From: Patescibacteria group bacterium | Lineage (GTDB): Bacteria > Patescibacteriota > WWE3 > UBA101185 > UBA10185 | NCBI GenBank assembly: GCA_026004595.1 | Contig: BPJL01000001.1 | Span: 90,486 to 154,485 of the forward strand | Reading direction: 5' to 3' | DNA length: 64,000 nucleotides | Shown here: positions 10,164 through 19,778 of the stretch, piece after piece | Position numbering within the stretch: position 1 is the stretch's first letter | Layout: each line of letters starts with the position of its first letter | Position numbers and translations under genes: made by a program | The notes under the pieces: generated by a model | The model's database searches: none | What the model saw: the letters and a program-made list of their open reading frames with translations, nothing else | What the model was told of the DNA's origin: nothing

Positions 10164-10538
10164 ATGTTGGATCTATATAGAGAAGAAATTATGGATATAT
10201 ATAAAAACCCTTCTAGAAAAGGAAGACTTTCTGATGCAAATGTAACAACAGCAAAGAAAAATCCCATGTGCGGAGATGACATAAGTGTACAAATGAAAGT
10301 TGAAAAAGGCGTAATAAAAGACGCAAAATTTGACGGAAGCGCTTGTTTGGTAAGTATTGTCGCAAGTGAAGTATTGCTTGATTTTTTGGTTGGAAAATCC
10401 TTAAAAGAAGCAAAGAGCGTGACCAAAGAAAAGCTACTGGATATGTTAAAGTTAAATTTGACAACTACCCGTGTAGGATGCGCAACTTTGGCTTTGACAG
10501 CGATCCAGAAGGCTATAGAAGAACATGAAGAAAAATAA
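10164..10538 (+). CDS. sufU: SufU/IscU-like protein
   Basis: NPMCGD, GSAC, RVGCA. Confidence 0.92.
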   Translation: MLDLYREEIMDIYKNPSRKGRLSDANVTTAKKNPMCGDDISVQMKVEKGVIKDAKFDGSACLVSIVASEVLLDFLVGKSLKEAKSVTKEKLLDMLKLNLTTTRVGCATLALTAIQKAIEEHEEK

Positions 10539-10758
10539 TAACGAGATAAAAATTAACAAAGAATATAACTTAGCCGAGCTAGTTTATAAGTACCCGCAGA
10601 CCGAAGAAGTATTGATGGATTATGGTCTGCATTGCGCTGGATGTATAGCCAGTTCCTTTGACACAATTGAAGCTGGGGCAAAAGTACATGGAATGACGGA
10701 CGAAGAAATTGAGGAAATGCTTGAAAGAGTAAACGAAGTAATAAATTTTAATGAATAA
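10525..10758 (+). CDS. DUF1858-domain protein
   Basis: YGLHCAGC...DTIEAGAKVHG. Confidence 0.85.
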   Translation: MKKNNNEIKINKEYNLAELVYKYPQTEEVLMDYGLHCAGCIASSFDTIEAGAKVHGMTDEEIEEMLERVNEVINFNE

Positions 10759-10768
10759 AGGAGTATTT

Positions 10769-10993
10769 ATGAAAATTTCAAGAGTGGAAATTGACAGAAA
10801 CTTATGTGTTGGTTCAGCTACATGTGTGGTTATAGCGCCCGATGCTTTTGAACTAGACGGCGACGGAATATCAATTTTTAAAAAAGACGGCTTAACAGTA
10901 GATGCTGAAACCGTGCTCAAGGCTGCAAAATCGTGTCCCACTCAGGCAATAAGCGTTTTTGATGAAAGAGGTAGAAGGATCTGGCCTGAGTGA
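10769..10993 (+). CDS. Ferredoxin (probably 3Fe-4S type)
   Basis: CVGSATC...CPTQAI. Confidence 0.9.
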   Translation: MKISRVEIDRNLCVGSATCVVIAPDAFELDGDGISIFKKDGLTVDAETVLKAAKSCPTQAISVFDERGRRIWPE

Positions 10994-11014
10994 GAGCAGT
11001 GTTAAAATAGGTTT

Positions 11015-11353
11015 ATGAAATACCAAATTATGTCAGACAATATGTCCGTGTCTCCTAGTATGGTAACGTTGGTAAAGACAAAATTTAACAGAATATCCAA
11101 AAGATTTTCAGATGTTGATGAAGACGCAAAGTTTGCGCGTGTCGTATTAAACACGGCGCCCAATGAAATGTTTGAGGTCAAAGCTAACGTTGTGATTGCG
11201 GGAAAAGAATACTTTTCGGATGAAACGGAATACAATTTTGAAACCGCAGTGGTGAATACTGTTGAAGAGATATTGCAAATGATAGAAAAGGACAAGGAAA
11301 TTCAAGATAAAAAGGCGTTAAAAGAGGAAATTGACTTGGTTGAGGGAGTATAA
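11015..11353 (+). CDS. Ribosome hibernation factor (HPF/RaiA family)
   Basis: Size and residue pattern typical of short HPF. Confidence 0.65.
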   Translation: MKYQIMSDNMSVSPSMVTLVKTKFNRISKRFSDVDEDAKFARVVLNTAPNEMFEVKANVVIAGKEYFSDETEYNFETAVVNTVEEILQMIEKDKEIQDKKALKEEIDLVEGV

Positions 11354-11451
11354 TAACCTACACATATATTTTTGGGTCTTGCTGTAGATTTAACACGAAG
11401 GAAATGTACCTGAAGGCTGAAGCCGACCTTGTAAAAAATATTATTGCGTTG

Positions 11452-11527
11452 GGGTGATTAGCTCAATTGGCAGAGCTCTCGTCTTATACACGAGCGGTTC
11501 CTGGTTCGATCCCAGGATCACCCACCA
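11452..11527 (+). tRNA. tRNA with TAT anticodon (Ile2-UAU) on a Val-like body
   Basis: GGGTGAT/ATCACCC-ACCA acceptor; anticodon arm CTCGT-CTTATAC-ACGAG; T arm CCTGG-TTCGATC-CCAGG. Confidence 0.92.
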
Positions 11528-12794
11528 AAATCTTTTCTTCTCTAACACCTCTCTTTAATATCCGCCACCAACCACGGATTTTCTTGGTAGATATTATGGC
11601 TAGAATAGGCAGATAAAGTATGAGTAGTAGTGTGTGAGTCAACTGCCATCCGAAAACGGAGAAGTAGAAATATAGGTTGAATGTTAGAACTGTAAAAACG
11701 TAGAACCAAGGTTTTCTTGATTTGGTAAGAAGCCCCATCATGGGAATTATTAATATGATAAAGTCGGCGGGCATTGTGTGCGGGGTAAGGATGAGGCAGA
11801 TTAATAGACAGAAGTAGTATATATAGGATCCATGATAGTATTTGTCTTTCCTTTTAATTAGTAGGAAAGCAATAATAAACTGAGTAATCAAAGCGATCGT
11901 AAATATTATAAAGAGACTTTGAAAAGGTGAATTCAGCCCCCCGCTCAATTCTGATATCACGGAGTAGATATCCAACCCGTACTTATATGCCATTCCAAAA
12001 CTATTCGGGACAGCAACATAGTCTTTTAACAAAAAAATGTATTGAATGATGTGATCCTTTGTTATTAACAGGCTGTTGAGAAAAGTTAGTATAAAAAGGC
12101 CGACAAACGAACTAAGGATAAATTTTCTCTTATCCTCATATATTGCGTAGATGAGAATGATGAAAGGCAAGTATTGATACTTCAAAATTAGCAGAGAAGA
12201 AAGCAACCCAAGTTTCACCGATTTTTTCTGGGCAAAGGCAATGTACATTTCCACCATAACCCAGAATATCAGCGCGCCTATCTGGGCGAGATGCACACTT
12301 GCATAAATCGGGTAGAAAGATGATACAAAAACTGTTGTCCAGGATAAAAATTTTATTCTGTGAAATCTGTAAAGTCTATAAATTGCGAAGAGTATTATAA
12401 TTAAAGATATCGAGTGGGCGGCAATCTCTGCGTATGAGGGTTGAAATAGCAGGAAGGGTATGTGCAGTACAGCCCCTAAAGGAGGGGTTACATAAGCCAT
12501 GAACCCCATTTCATTTTTTAATTTCTCATTGAATAACTGTCGTTGTCTTGTGTACTGTACCTCAGGATTGTATAAATTTTGCCTATTATTTATCAGTAAG
12601 TCCGCACCTGTGTAAAAGGAATAAAAATCGGTAGCCTTGCTCTCAAACGCGGAATACGTGATGTGGACAAAAAAAACTGTGGAAAAAAGTATGATAGCGG
12701 CGTGCGAGCCAAGTTTCTTGTTATCTACTTCCCACACCCATTTGATAAGCGCTGATTTCACTTTGTCTACTATGTTTCTTGTGATTGTTGCCAC
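11484..12794 (-). CDS. GT87 (DUF2029) family GT-C glycosyltransferase
   Basis: TDFYSFYTGA, YVTPP, LAQ, LKYQ motifs; polytopic membrane protein. Confidence 0.8.
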   Translation of the reverse strand: MATITRNIVDKVKSALIKWVWEVDNKKLGSHAAIILFSTVFFVHITYSAFESKATDFYSFYTGADLLINNRQNLYNPEVQYTRQRQLFNEKLKNEMGFMAYVTPPLGAVLHIPFLLFQPSYAEIAAHSISLIIILFAIYRLYRFHRIKFLSWTTVFVSSFYPIYASVHLAQIGALIFWVMVEMYIAFAQKKSVKLGLLSSLLILKYQYLPFIILIYAIYEDKRKFILSSFVGLFILTFLNSLLITKDHIIQYIFLLKDYVAVPNSFGMAYKYGLDIYSVISELSGGLNSPFQSLFIIFTIALITQFIIAFLLIKRKDKYYHGSYIYYFCLLICLILTPHTMPADFIILIIPMMGLLTKSRKPWFYVFTVLTFNLYFYFSVFGWQLTHTLLLILYLPILAIISTKKIRGWWRILKRGVREEKILVGDPGIEPGTARV

Positions 12795-12828
12795 TGAATA
12801 AGTATAGCAATTTTAGATTTGGCCAAAA

Positions 12829-13704
12829 TTAAAGAGTTTCCAACTCGGTCTTTTCCTGATCTCCTGCTCTCTGTACATATTGTAAGTATCTTTCTGTAGT
12901 TGATATTCTTTTATGACCTGCAACTTTTGACAAAAAAATGATGCTCACGCCCGAAGCCAAATGGTGAGCAACGAATGTGTGTCTCAGATCATTTACTTTT
13001 GCATTTTCCACACCCGCTAGTTTGAAATATCTATCGATGGTTGACCTTATATTTCTTATCAAAAGAGGGTTTCCGGTTTTCGTGACAAACAAATACTCGG
13101 AGCCCTTGATATTATTTCTTTCTTCTCTCATATATCTATTGATAGCATCAATGACGGCTTTATTCAGAGGGATGTTCCTTGCCTCTTTGTTGTTTTTCTT
13201 AGGCACAAATAAATTTCCGGTCGCGCCGGTTAATGTCAGATGCTCAATTTTTATTTCAGATAATTCAGAGATTGTAACTCCGGTTTGAAGCAACATTTCT
13301 ATCATGGCGTAGGTCCTAAGATCATTTCTTGTGGCGTCTCTCAAAGCACGGTACTCCATTCTTGTGAGAATTCTCGGTGCCTTGTTTTCGAGCTTTGGGT
13401 GCCTTAGACCAAGAGAAATATTTTCGGTAATGTGTCCCTCGGTGTGCAGATATTTAATAAATGTTCTGGTCGCATTCGTTTTTCTTGATACAGACTTAGG
13501 AGTGTAATCAGCAGCTGAAAGCTTTTTCATAAAACTTTCTAAATGCGCAAGTTTGATTTCATTTACCAGGTTTATTCCCATTTCCGAAAGATGGGATAAT
13601 AGCTGCTCTATATCCTTGCTATAAGCTACAACCGTAGCCTCAGACTTGCCGTCTTTTCTTAATTTTTCTACAAAGTTTTTGTGCGCAGTTTGAAGGTTTA
13701 ACAT
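12829..13704 (-). CDS. XerC/D-like tyrosine recombinase with atypical active site
   Basis: N-terminal core-binding domain; TGVTISE, NDLRH, GH...TTERY. Confidence 0.85.
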   Translation of the reverse strand: MLNLQTAHKNFVEKLRKDGKSEATVVAYSKDIEQLLSHLSEMGINLVNEIKLAHLESFMKKLSAADYTPKSVSRKTNATRTFIKYLHTEGHITENISLGLRHPKLENKAPRILTRMEYRALRDATRNDLRTYAMIEMLLQTGVTISELSEIKIEHLTLTGATGNLFVPKKNNKEARNIPLNKAVIDAINRYMREERNNIKGSEYLFVTKTGNPLLIRNIRSTIDRYFKLAGVENAKVNDLRHTFVAHHLASGVSIIFLSKVAGHKRISTTERYLQYVQRAGDQEKTELETL

Positions 13705-13844
13705 AATTTTATTATGGCTCCTTTTGTTTGTGCAGTGTTATTTTGGGATTTCTAGAGAAACAAGAATATTCAATAGGCGAAACCCTATGGGGCATATTAG
13801 CACTTGCCTTGCCAGCTGTCAATTTATTGACTATCATCGGTTTG

Positions 13845-14237
13845 ATGATTAGAAGCAGTGTCCGTGCAAAGATCTTAATTTCAGTTGTTTTCATTGTGAT
13901 GTCGGCCAATTTCATAAAGTCAACCTTAGATGCGCTTGCCGGCCGAAAAAGGTTTGATGAAGCCCAGAAGCGGGAGCGAGAGCTTGTCCAAGAGAGAGAC
14001 TTGCTGAAACGCCAACTAGAGTACAAAAGGACCCAAGAGTATATAGAGGAAAGTGCCAGAAACGAATTAAACCTGATAAAGCCGGGCGAAAAGGTATATG
14101 TTCTTGAAAATTCAGCTCAGGGAGAAACAGACGGACAATACTATTGGGGGCAAACGGATGCTGAGGGAGTTGTGGCTGCCGCTGCTGATGAGGAAAAGTA
14201 TCCGAATTGGTATTATTGGTACAAGCTGTTTTTTTGA
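13845..14237 (+). CDS. Septum formation initiator (DivIC/FtsB family)
   Basis: TM plus coiled coil, EYIEESARNELNLIKPGEKVY. Confidence 0.88.
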   Translation: MIRSSVRAKILISVVFIVMSANFIKSTLDALAGRKRFDEAQKRERELVQERDLLKRQLEYKRTQEYIEESARNELNLIKPGEKVYVLENSAQGETDGQYYWGQTDAEGVVAAAADEEKYPNWYYWYKLFF

Positions 14238-14262
14238 CAACAACGCTATTATCTGTTAGATT
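14234..14262 (+). promoter_or_regulatory. Sigma70 promoter for the tRNA-Met genes
   Basis: TTGACA-17 nt-TAGATT. Confidence 0.65.
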
Positions 14263-14276
14263 TTTAACCGTATTGA

Positions 14277-14350
14277 CGCGGGGTGGAGGAATGGCACCTC
14301 ACCGGGCTCATAATCCGGGGGTCCTGGTTCGAGTCCAGGCCCCGCAACCA
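14277..14350 (+). tRNA. Initiator tRNA-fMet (CAT)
   Basis: C1:A72 mismatch, GGG in anticodon stem, CTCATAA loop, CCA. Confidence 0.93.
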
Positions 14351-14401
14351 ATATTTATTCCCAGAAACATTGATCATGTGTATAATCCTGATAGGAATTT
14401 T

Positions 14402-14478
14402 GCCAACATAGCTCAGTAGGTTAGAGCGGTCGTTTCATAAGCGACAGGTCCCTGGTTCGATCCCAGGTGTTGGCACCA
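14402..14478 (+). tRNA. Elongator tRNA with CAT anticodon (Met; Ile2 not excluded)
   Basis: GCCAACA/TGTTGGC-ACCA; GTCGT-TTCATAA-GCGAC. Confidence 0.93.
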
Positions 14479-14553
14479 TTTGAACCTTTAACTAAAGAAA
14501 AAAACAGCCTTTTGTGATAAATTTATCCTAGTCATTATTGCCTGGAGATTTTT

Positions 14554-15555
14554 ATGAAAAAAAGAATTTTAACGGGAGACAATACGACGGGCCGACTTCA
14601 TTTGGGCCATTACGTGGGGTCACTTGAAAACAGAGTGAAATTGCAGGATTCATATGAGACTTTTGTTATTTTAGCCGATGCCCACTCTCTAGCTTACCCC
14701 AAGTATATCGGCCAACCCGATCTTATCTCCGATTCAATACTTCAGGTGGCGATAGATAATCTTTCAGTTGGTCTGGCTCCTGAAAAGGTGACTCTTTTTG
14801 CCGAGTCAACCGTTCCAGAGATTTATGAGATCGCTCTTCTGCTATCAATGCTTGTCCCATACCCAAGAATATTGAGGAACCCGACAATAAAGGATGAAAT
14901 AAGAGAGAAGGAGCTAGGAGACAACTATTCAATGGGGTTTCTAAATTTTCCGATAATGATGGCTTCGGACATTTTGTCTGTAAGGGCTGATCTTGTTCCG
15001 GTTGGAGAGGACCAAGAACCGCACCTTGAGCTAACAAGGGAAATTGTTCGCAAATTTAATAGTACGTATGGCGAGGTTTTTAAAGAGCCCGAGGCTATGA
15101 TAGGGAGAGTGGCCCGTCTGGTGGGGTTGGATGGTAGCACAAAAATGACGAAAAGTCTCAATAACGCCATTTTTTTAAGCGATGATGAAAAAACCGTTCG
15201 TCAGAAGGTTTTGAAAATGTATACCGACCCCAATCGCCTCCATCCGACAGACCCTGGGAAAGTAGAGGGCAACCCAGTTTTTATATACCACGACGCTTTT
15301 AATGATAATAAAGAAGAGGTGGAGGATTTAAAAAAGAGATATGTTGTGGGAAGAGTCGGAGATGTTGAAGTAAAGGAAAGACTTATTGTTGCCATAGAAA
15401 AATTTTTGGCGCCGATCAGAGAGAGAAGGGCGAAGTACGAAGCTGATCTGGACACGGTTCATGGGATTTTGATTGAAGGTGCAAAGAGAACAAGAAAAGA
15501 GGCCGCCGAGACCTTAAATCTTGTCCGAGAGAAGATGAAGCTTCCAAGGTTTTAA
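14554..15555 (+). CDS. trpS: Tryptophan-tRNA ligase
   Basis: HLGH, VPVGEDQ, KMTKS. Confidence 0.97.
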   Translation: MKKRILTGDNTTGRLHLGHYVGSLENRVKLQDSYETFVILADAHSLAYPKYIGQPDLISDSILQVAIDNLSVGLAPEKVTLFAESTVPEIYEIALLLSMLVPYPRILRNPTIKDEIREKELGDNYSMGFLNFPIMMASDILSVRADLVPVGEDQEPHLELTREIVRKFNSTYGEVFKEPEAMIGRVARLVGLDGSTKMTKSLNNAIFLSDDEKTVRQKVLKMYTDPNRLHPTDPGKVEGNPVFIYHDAFNDNKEEVEDLKKRYVVGRVGDVEVKERLIVAIEKFLAPIRERRAKYEADLDTVHGILIEGAKRTRKEAAETLNLVREKMKLPRF

Positions 15556-15573
15556 TGTATAATTCACACGCTT

Positions 15574-17439
15574 ATGACAAAGACCTCCGTTTCAAAAGAT
15601 GGCAATAAAAACAAAAAAAGTGTTTCGATCCCCTTTTTGGGGGAAATGAATTCCGGCAGTCCCTGGGGTAATGTATTCTTTTATCTGTTTCTGCTGTTTA
15701 TATTTTTCATGATTTTCGGAGGAGTTGGGGGGCTATCTCAAAAGCCTGAGCAGATCGGTATTAATGAAATGGTAAAGCTGATTCAAGATGAAAAAGTGCA
15801 GGACATTGTTGTTGCTGGAGACAAAATCGAGATACAACTTAGAGACGGTACTAAATTAGCTACCGAAAAAGAAAGCAACATAAGTTTTGATGAGATTTTA
15901 ACGAATAATAAAATAGACAGATCAAAAATTGCCGGGGACGTAAAGGTTGAACGTAGAATAACTTTTGAGCAAATACTCACCCCCCTTCTTATGTTTGGGT
16001 TTCCTCTTCTAATCTTGTTTTTCATTTTTAGACAAATGAGAACTGCTAATAGCGATATAACTTCGTTTGGAAAAAGCCGAGCGCGACTCTTCAAAAAAGG
16101 GCAGACGCAGATTACGTTTGATGATGTTGCTGGTAATCAAGAGGCCAAGACCGAGATGATGGAGATAGTAGATTTTTTGAAAAATCCGGATAAATATAGA
16201 AAACTTGGGGCGAGAATTCCCAAAGGAATTTTATTGGTAGGTCCATCAGGTGTAGGAAAGACTTTGTTGGCTAAGGCGATTGCCGGTGAGGCTAACGTTC
16301 CTTTCTATTCCGTTGCGGGAAGTGAGTTTATGGAGATGTTGGTGGGAGTCGGTTCTTCTAGGGTGCGAGATTTATTCAATGTTGCGAGAAGTAACCAGCC
16401 AAGCCTTATCTTCATAGATGAAATTGATGCTATTGGAAGGCAGAGGGGTATGGGTATTGGCGGGGGACACGACGAAAGAGAGCAAACATTAAATCAGATT
16501 CTTATTGAAATGGATGGTTTCGATACCAGAACCTATGTCATAGTTTTGGCTGCTACTAATAGACCCGATATGCTTGATCCCGCTTTAATAAGACCGGGGA
16601 GATTTGATCGCCGTATTACCGTAATGCTTCCTGATCTTAAGGATAGGGAGGCGATAATAAGAATCCACATGAAAGACAAGCCGGTTTCCGAAGAGGTAAA
16701 AATAGAGCAAATAGCGAGAAAGACCGTTGGTTTCAGCGGAGCCGACATTGAAAATATGATGAATGAAGCGGCAATACTAGCCGCCCGTGCGAATAAAGCT
16801 GAAATTGATCAGAAGGATATTGAGGAGGCAGCTCTAAAAGTCACTTTGGGGTCTGAAAGGAAGACCCTGCAATCTGAGGAAGAAAGAAAAATGACGGCTT
16901 ACCACGAAGCTGGTCATGCTCTTGTTTCCGCTTTTGTTAAAGATATGGATCCTGTGTATAGGGTTTCAATTATAGCTCGTGGCGCTTCGTTGGGGCATAC
17001 AAGCTTTCCTCCCGAACGTGATCGTTATAACGAAACACGGACGCGCTTGAACTCAATAATCTGCACAATGTTGGGGGGACGCGCCGCCGAGGAAATAGTA
17101 TTTGGGGAGCTTACTGTTGGAGCTGCTGACGATATTGCCAAGGCTACTGATATTGCTCGAAAGATGGTGTCTGAATGGGGGATGAGTTCTTTAGGTCCTG
17201 TCTCTTACGATATAGGTACAGGACAATTTTGGCTCGCTCGTGGTATTGAGGAGGGGAACAAGGTTAGTGAGGACATGGCCGCCAAGATAGATGCCGAAGT
17301 TCAAAGGATTGTTCACGACGCTTTTGAGAAAGCAAAGGAAGTGCTTAAGGAGCACCGAGAGAAGCTTGATAAGGTAGCAGGAAAACTTCTGGAAAAAGAA
17401 ACCATTGATGGGGAAGAATTTAAGGCCTTAATCTCATAG
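15574..17439 (+). CDS. ftsH: ATP-dependent metalloprotease FtsH
   Basis: Two TMs, AAA GVGKT, HEAGH. Confidence 0.98.
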   Translation: MTKTSVSKDGNKNKKSVSIPFLGEMNSGSPWGNVFFYLFLLFIFFMIFGGVGGLSQKPEQIGINEMVKLIQDEKVQDIVVAGDKIEIQLRDGTKLATEKESNISFDEILTNNKIDRSKIAGDVKVERRITFEQILTPLLMFGFPLLILFFIFRQMRTANSDITSFGKSRARLFKKGQTQITFDDVAGNQEAKTEMMEIVDFLKNPDKYRKLGARIPKGILLVGPSGVGKTLLAKAIAGEANVPFYSVAGSEFMEMLVGVGSSRVRDLFNVARSNQPSLIFIDEIDAIGRQRGMGIGGGHDEREQTLNQILIEMDGFDTRTYVIVLAATNRPDMLDPALIRPGRFDRRITVMLPDLKDREAIIRIHMKDKPVSEEVKIEQIARKTVGFSGADIENMMNEAAILAARANKAEIDQKDIEEAALKVTLGSERKTLQSEEERKMTAYHEAGHALVSAFVKDMDPVYRVSIIARGASLGHTSFPPERDRYNETRTRLNSIICTMLGGRAAEEIVFGELTVGAADDIAKATDIARKMVSEWGMSSLGPVSYDIGTGQFWLARGIEEGNKVSEDMAAKIDAEVQRIVHDAFEKAKEVLKEHREKLDKVAGKLLEKETIDGEEFKALIS

Positions 17440-17443
17440 CTCC

Positions 17444-18226
17444 ATGCTTACTGATTCCCATTGTCATCTGAAAGATTCTAGTTATGGTAAATCTCCGAAA
17501 GAGATAGTTGAGGATGGTAAAAAGCAAGATGTTTCTCTTTTTATAAATATAGCTACCTCTTTGAACGACAGTTATGTCTCATCAGATATCTGCGGAGAAA
17601 TTTCTGAAGTCTTTGGTACTGTGGGTATTTATCCTCATAGCGATTTAGGACAAGATATTTCTTCGGTTTCTAGTCTGCTTGAAAAAATAATTGACTGCAA
17701 CAGGAAAATTGTCGGCATTGGAGAGTGTGGTATAGATTTGTCCGATAACAAACCGGCTAGAGAGCTAAAGGAGCAGAAAGAGCTTTTTGTTTCTCACATA
17801 GAACTTAGCTTAAAGAAGGACAAAGTCCTTGTCATTCACAACAGAAATGCTGATGAAGTTGTTCTAGATATCCTTTCTGGATACGTTGGTAGGGGATTGA
17901 GAGCTGTCGCTCATTGTTTTTCTTCAGACTGGGAGATCGCTAAAAAATTTTTGGATCTTGGGATTTACATATCTTTTTCAGGAATGATAACTTATCCCTC
18001 TAGACACGGTCTGAGGGAGGTAGTAAAAAATGTTCCCGATGACATGTTTTTAATAGAAACCGACTCTCCATGGCTTCCCCCTCAAGGTCATCGAGGTGAA
18101 TTGAACTATCCCAAATATGTTAAAATTGTTGCTGAAAAGGTCTCACAGGTAAAGGAAAAACCCTATCTGACCGTGGCCTCCCTTTCAACCGAAAACGCCT
18201 GCAGACTCTTCAAAATTAATTTATGA
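17444..18226 (+). CDS. tatD: TatD-family hydrolase
   Basis: DSHCH, IGECGID, ETDSP. Confidence 0.95.
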   Translation: MLTDSHCHLKDSSYGKSPKEIVEDGKKQDVSLFINIATSLNDSYVSSDICGEISEVFGTVGIYPHSDLGQDISSVSSLLEKIIDCNRKIVGIGECGIDLSDNKPARELKEQKELFVSHIELSLKKDKVLVIHNRNADEVVLDILSGYVGRGLRAVAHCFSSDWEIAKKFLDLGIYISFSGMITYPSRHGLREVVKNVPDDMFLIETDSPWLPPQGHRGELNYPKYVKIVAEKVSQVKEKPYLTVASLSTENACRLFKINL

Positions 18227-19767
18227 TAGCTTCATTTGTAGAGAAACACGATAAGACTGTTCACAGGATACTGGAAATGACTCTCGGGCTCACGACCTGG
18301 ACTCTCCTGACTTCGCCCATTTGGCTGGGGTTGCTTTACCCTCCGGCAATAGTGTACATGCTCACTTTTTTTACAGTATACTGGAGCTATCTTGCCGCAA
18401 AACATACATTAGGATTGTTTCTCGGATATAGAAAGTACAAAGAGGAAATTGAAGTTGATTGGGCTGCAGAGTTCAACAAAATAGATTTTTCATCTCTTCC
18501 CGATCCGGCTACCCTGCCTGAAAGCAAGGATAAATTAAAACACTTAATTCTCATACCAGCTGTAAACGAACCGGCTGATGTATTAAGGGCAAGCATAGAC
18601 AGCATTTTTAACCAAACATATGATACCAAGAAGATCACCCTTGTCTATACGCTTGAAGAAAAATATGCCGTGGAAACGGAAAGAAATATTAGGGAAATTA
18701 TTGGCGATCGTGAAAGCAGATTAGAAAGATTTCTAGTATATGTTCATCCACGAGGTATAGAAGGGGAGGCAGTTGGAGCGGCGGCTGCGAACCGAACGTG
18801 GGGTGCAAGAAACGCTGTGGGAAGGCTCAGATCGGAAGGGGAGAACATAAGAAATTACGTTTTTAGTACCATAGATGCGGATCACGTACTTCACCCGCAG
18901 TATATTGCCAGATTATCTCATCTTTATTTAACAACTCCTAGGAGGGACAATCACTACTATTCAACAGCAGTACATTTGTTCAATAATAATCTCTGGAGAG
19001 TTCCGGTTATGATGCGAATTGAGGCCAATGCAGTTACCATGGGGAGTTTGTCTGACTGGAGCGCCACAAAGGGAGTATTGAAAGACAGCTTTTCATCTTA
19101 TTCGGCGTCTCTCCAAACTTTAATAGATGCTGATTATTGGGATGTTACTTTAGGGGTAGATGACACTATTTTTTACTGGAGGGCTTTTTTCAAAAGAGAT
19201 GGAGATTTTGATGGAGTACCTCATTATATACCTTATTCGGCAGACGCTGTGGAAGGAAAGAATTTTATTGATTCTCATGTTAGGTTATACAAACAGCTTC
19301 TTAGGTGGGGGTGGGGAGCAATAGATTTTCCTTTGTCGGTAAAAGAGTTTCTGAAAAATAAAAAGATTGCTCTAAGTAAGAAAATAGGATGGGTGCTGAA
19401 GCATTTTGAAAGGAGAGTGATACTTGTAAATATAGTTTTTCTGATAACTTTTGGTTTTGGATTGGTTACTCTAGTGAACCCGTATGTTAAGCAATCTAAC
19501 TTTGCCTACAGCCTTCCCGATATTATGAGTCTTATACTTACTATTACACTTGTGTTTCTTGTGCCAGCCACTTTTTTCAGAATGGGGCTTGTTGCTCCCA
19601 TGCCAGAAAATTGGCCGGTGTGGAGGAGAGTTCTAGTACTTTTGGAAGGTCCTCTGATAATGCTTAACCTTTTGACGTACTCATTTTTTCCATGGGTTCA
19701 GGCGCAGACCAAAATGCTCCTTGGACAAAAAATGAAGGATCTTTACCACACCCCTAAGGTGAGGTAG
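18223..19767 (+). CDS. Membrane GT2 glycosyltransferase (processive-type motifs)
   Basis: DADH, VDD, QLLRW. Confidence 0.85.
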   Translation: MIASFVEKHDKTVHRILEMTLGLTTWTLLTSPIWLGLLYPPAIVYMLTFFTVYWSYLAAKHTLGLFLGYRKYKEEIEVDWAAEFNKIDFSSLPDPATLPESKDKLKHLILIPAVNEPADVLRASIDSIFNQTYDTKKITLVYTLEEKYAVETERNIREIIGDRESRLERFLVYVHPRGIEGEAVGAAAANRTWGARNAVGRLRSEGENIRNYVFSTIDADHVLHPQYIARLSHLYLTTPRRDNHYYSTAVHLFNNNLWRVPVMMRIEANAVTMGSLSDWSATKGVLKDSFSSYSASLQTLIDADYWDVTLGVDDTIFYWRAFFKRDGDFDGVPHYIPYSADAVEGKNFIDSHVRLYKQLLRWGWGAIDFPLSVKEFLKNKKIALSKKIGWVLKHFERRVILVNIVFLITFGFGLVTLVNPYVKQSNFAYSLPDIMSLILTITLVFLVPATFFRMGLVAPMPENWPVWRRVLVLLEGPLIMLNLLTYSFFPWVQAQTKMLLGQKMKDLYHTPKVR

Positions 19768-19778
19768 AAGTATATATA

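Noticed and set aside
14207-14419. 70-aa ORF over tRNA-fMet, plus short ORFs at 27742-28014 and 48749-48946
   Set aside because: Shadow ORFs over RNA genes, repeats or alaS, like most short antisense ORFs in the track.
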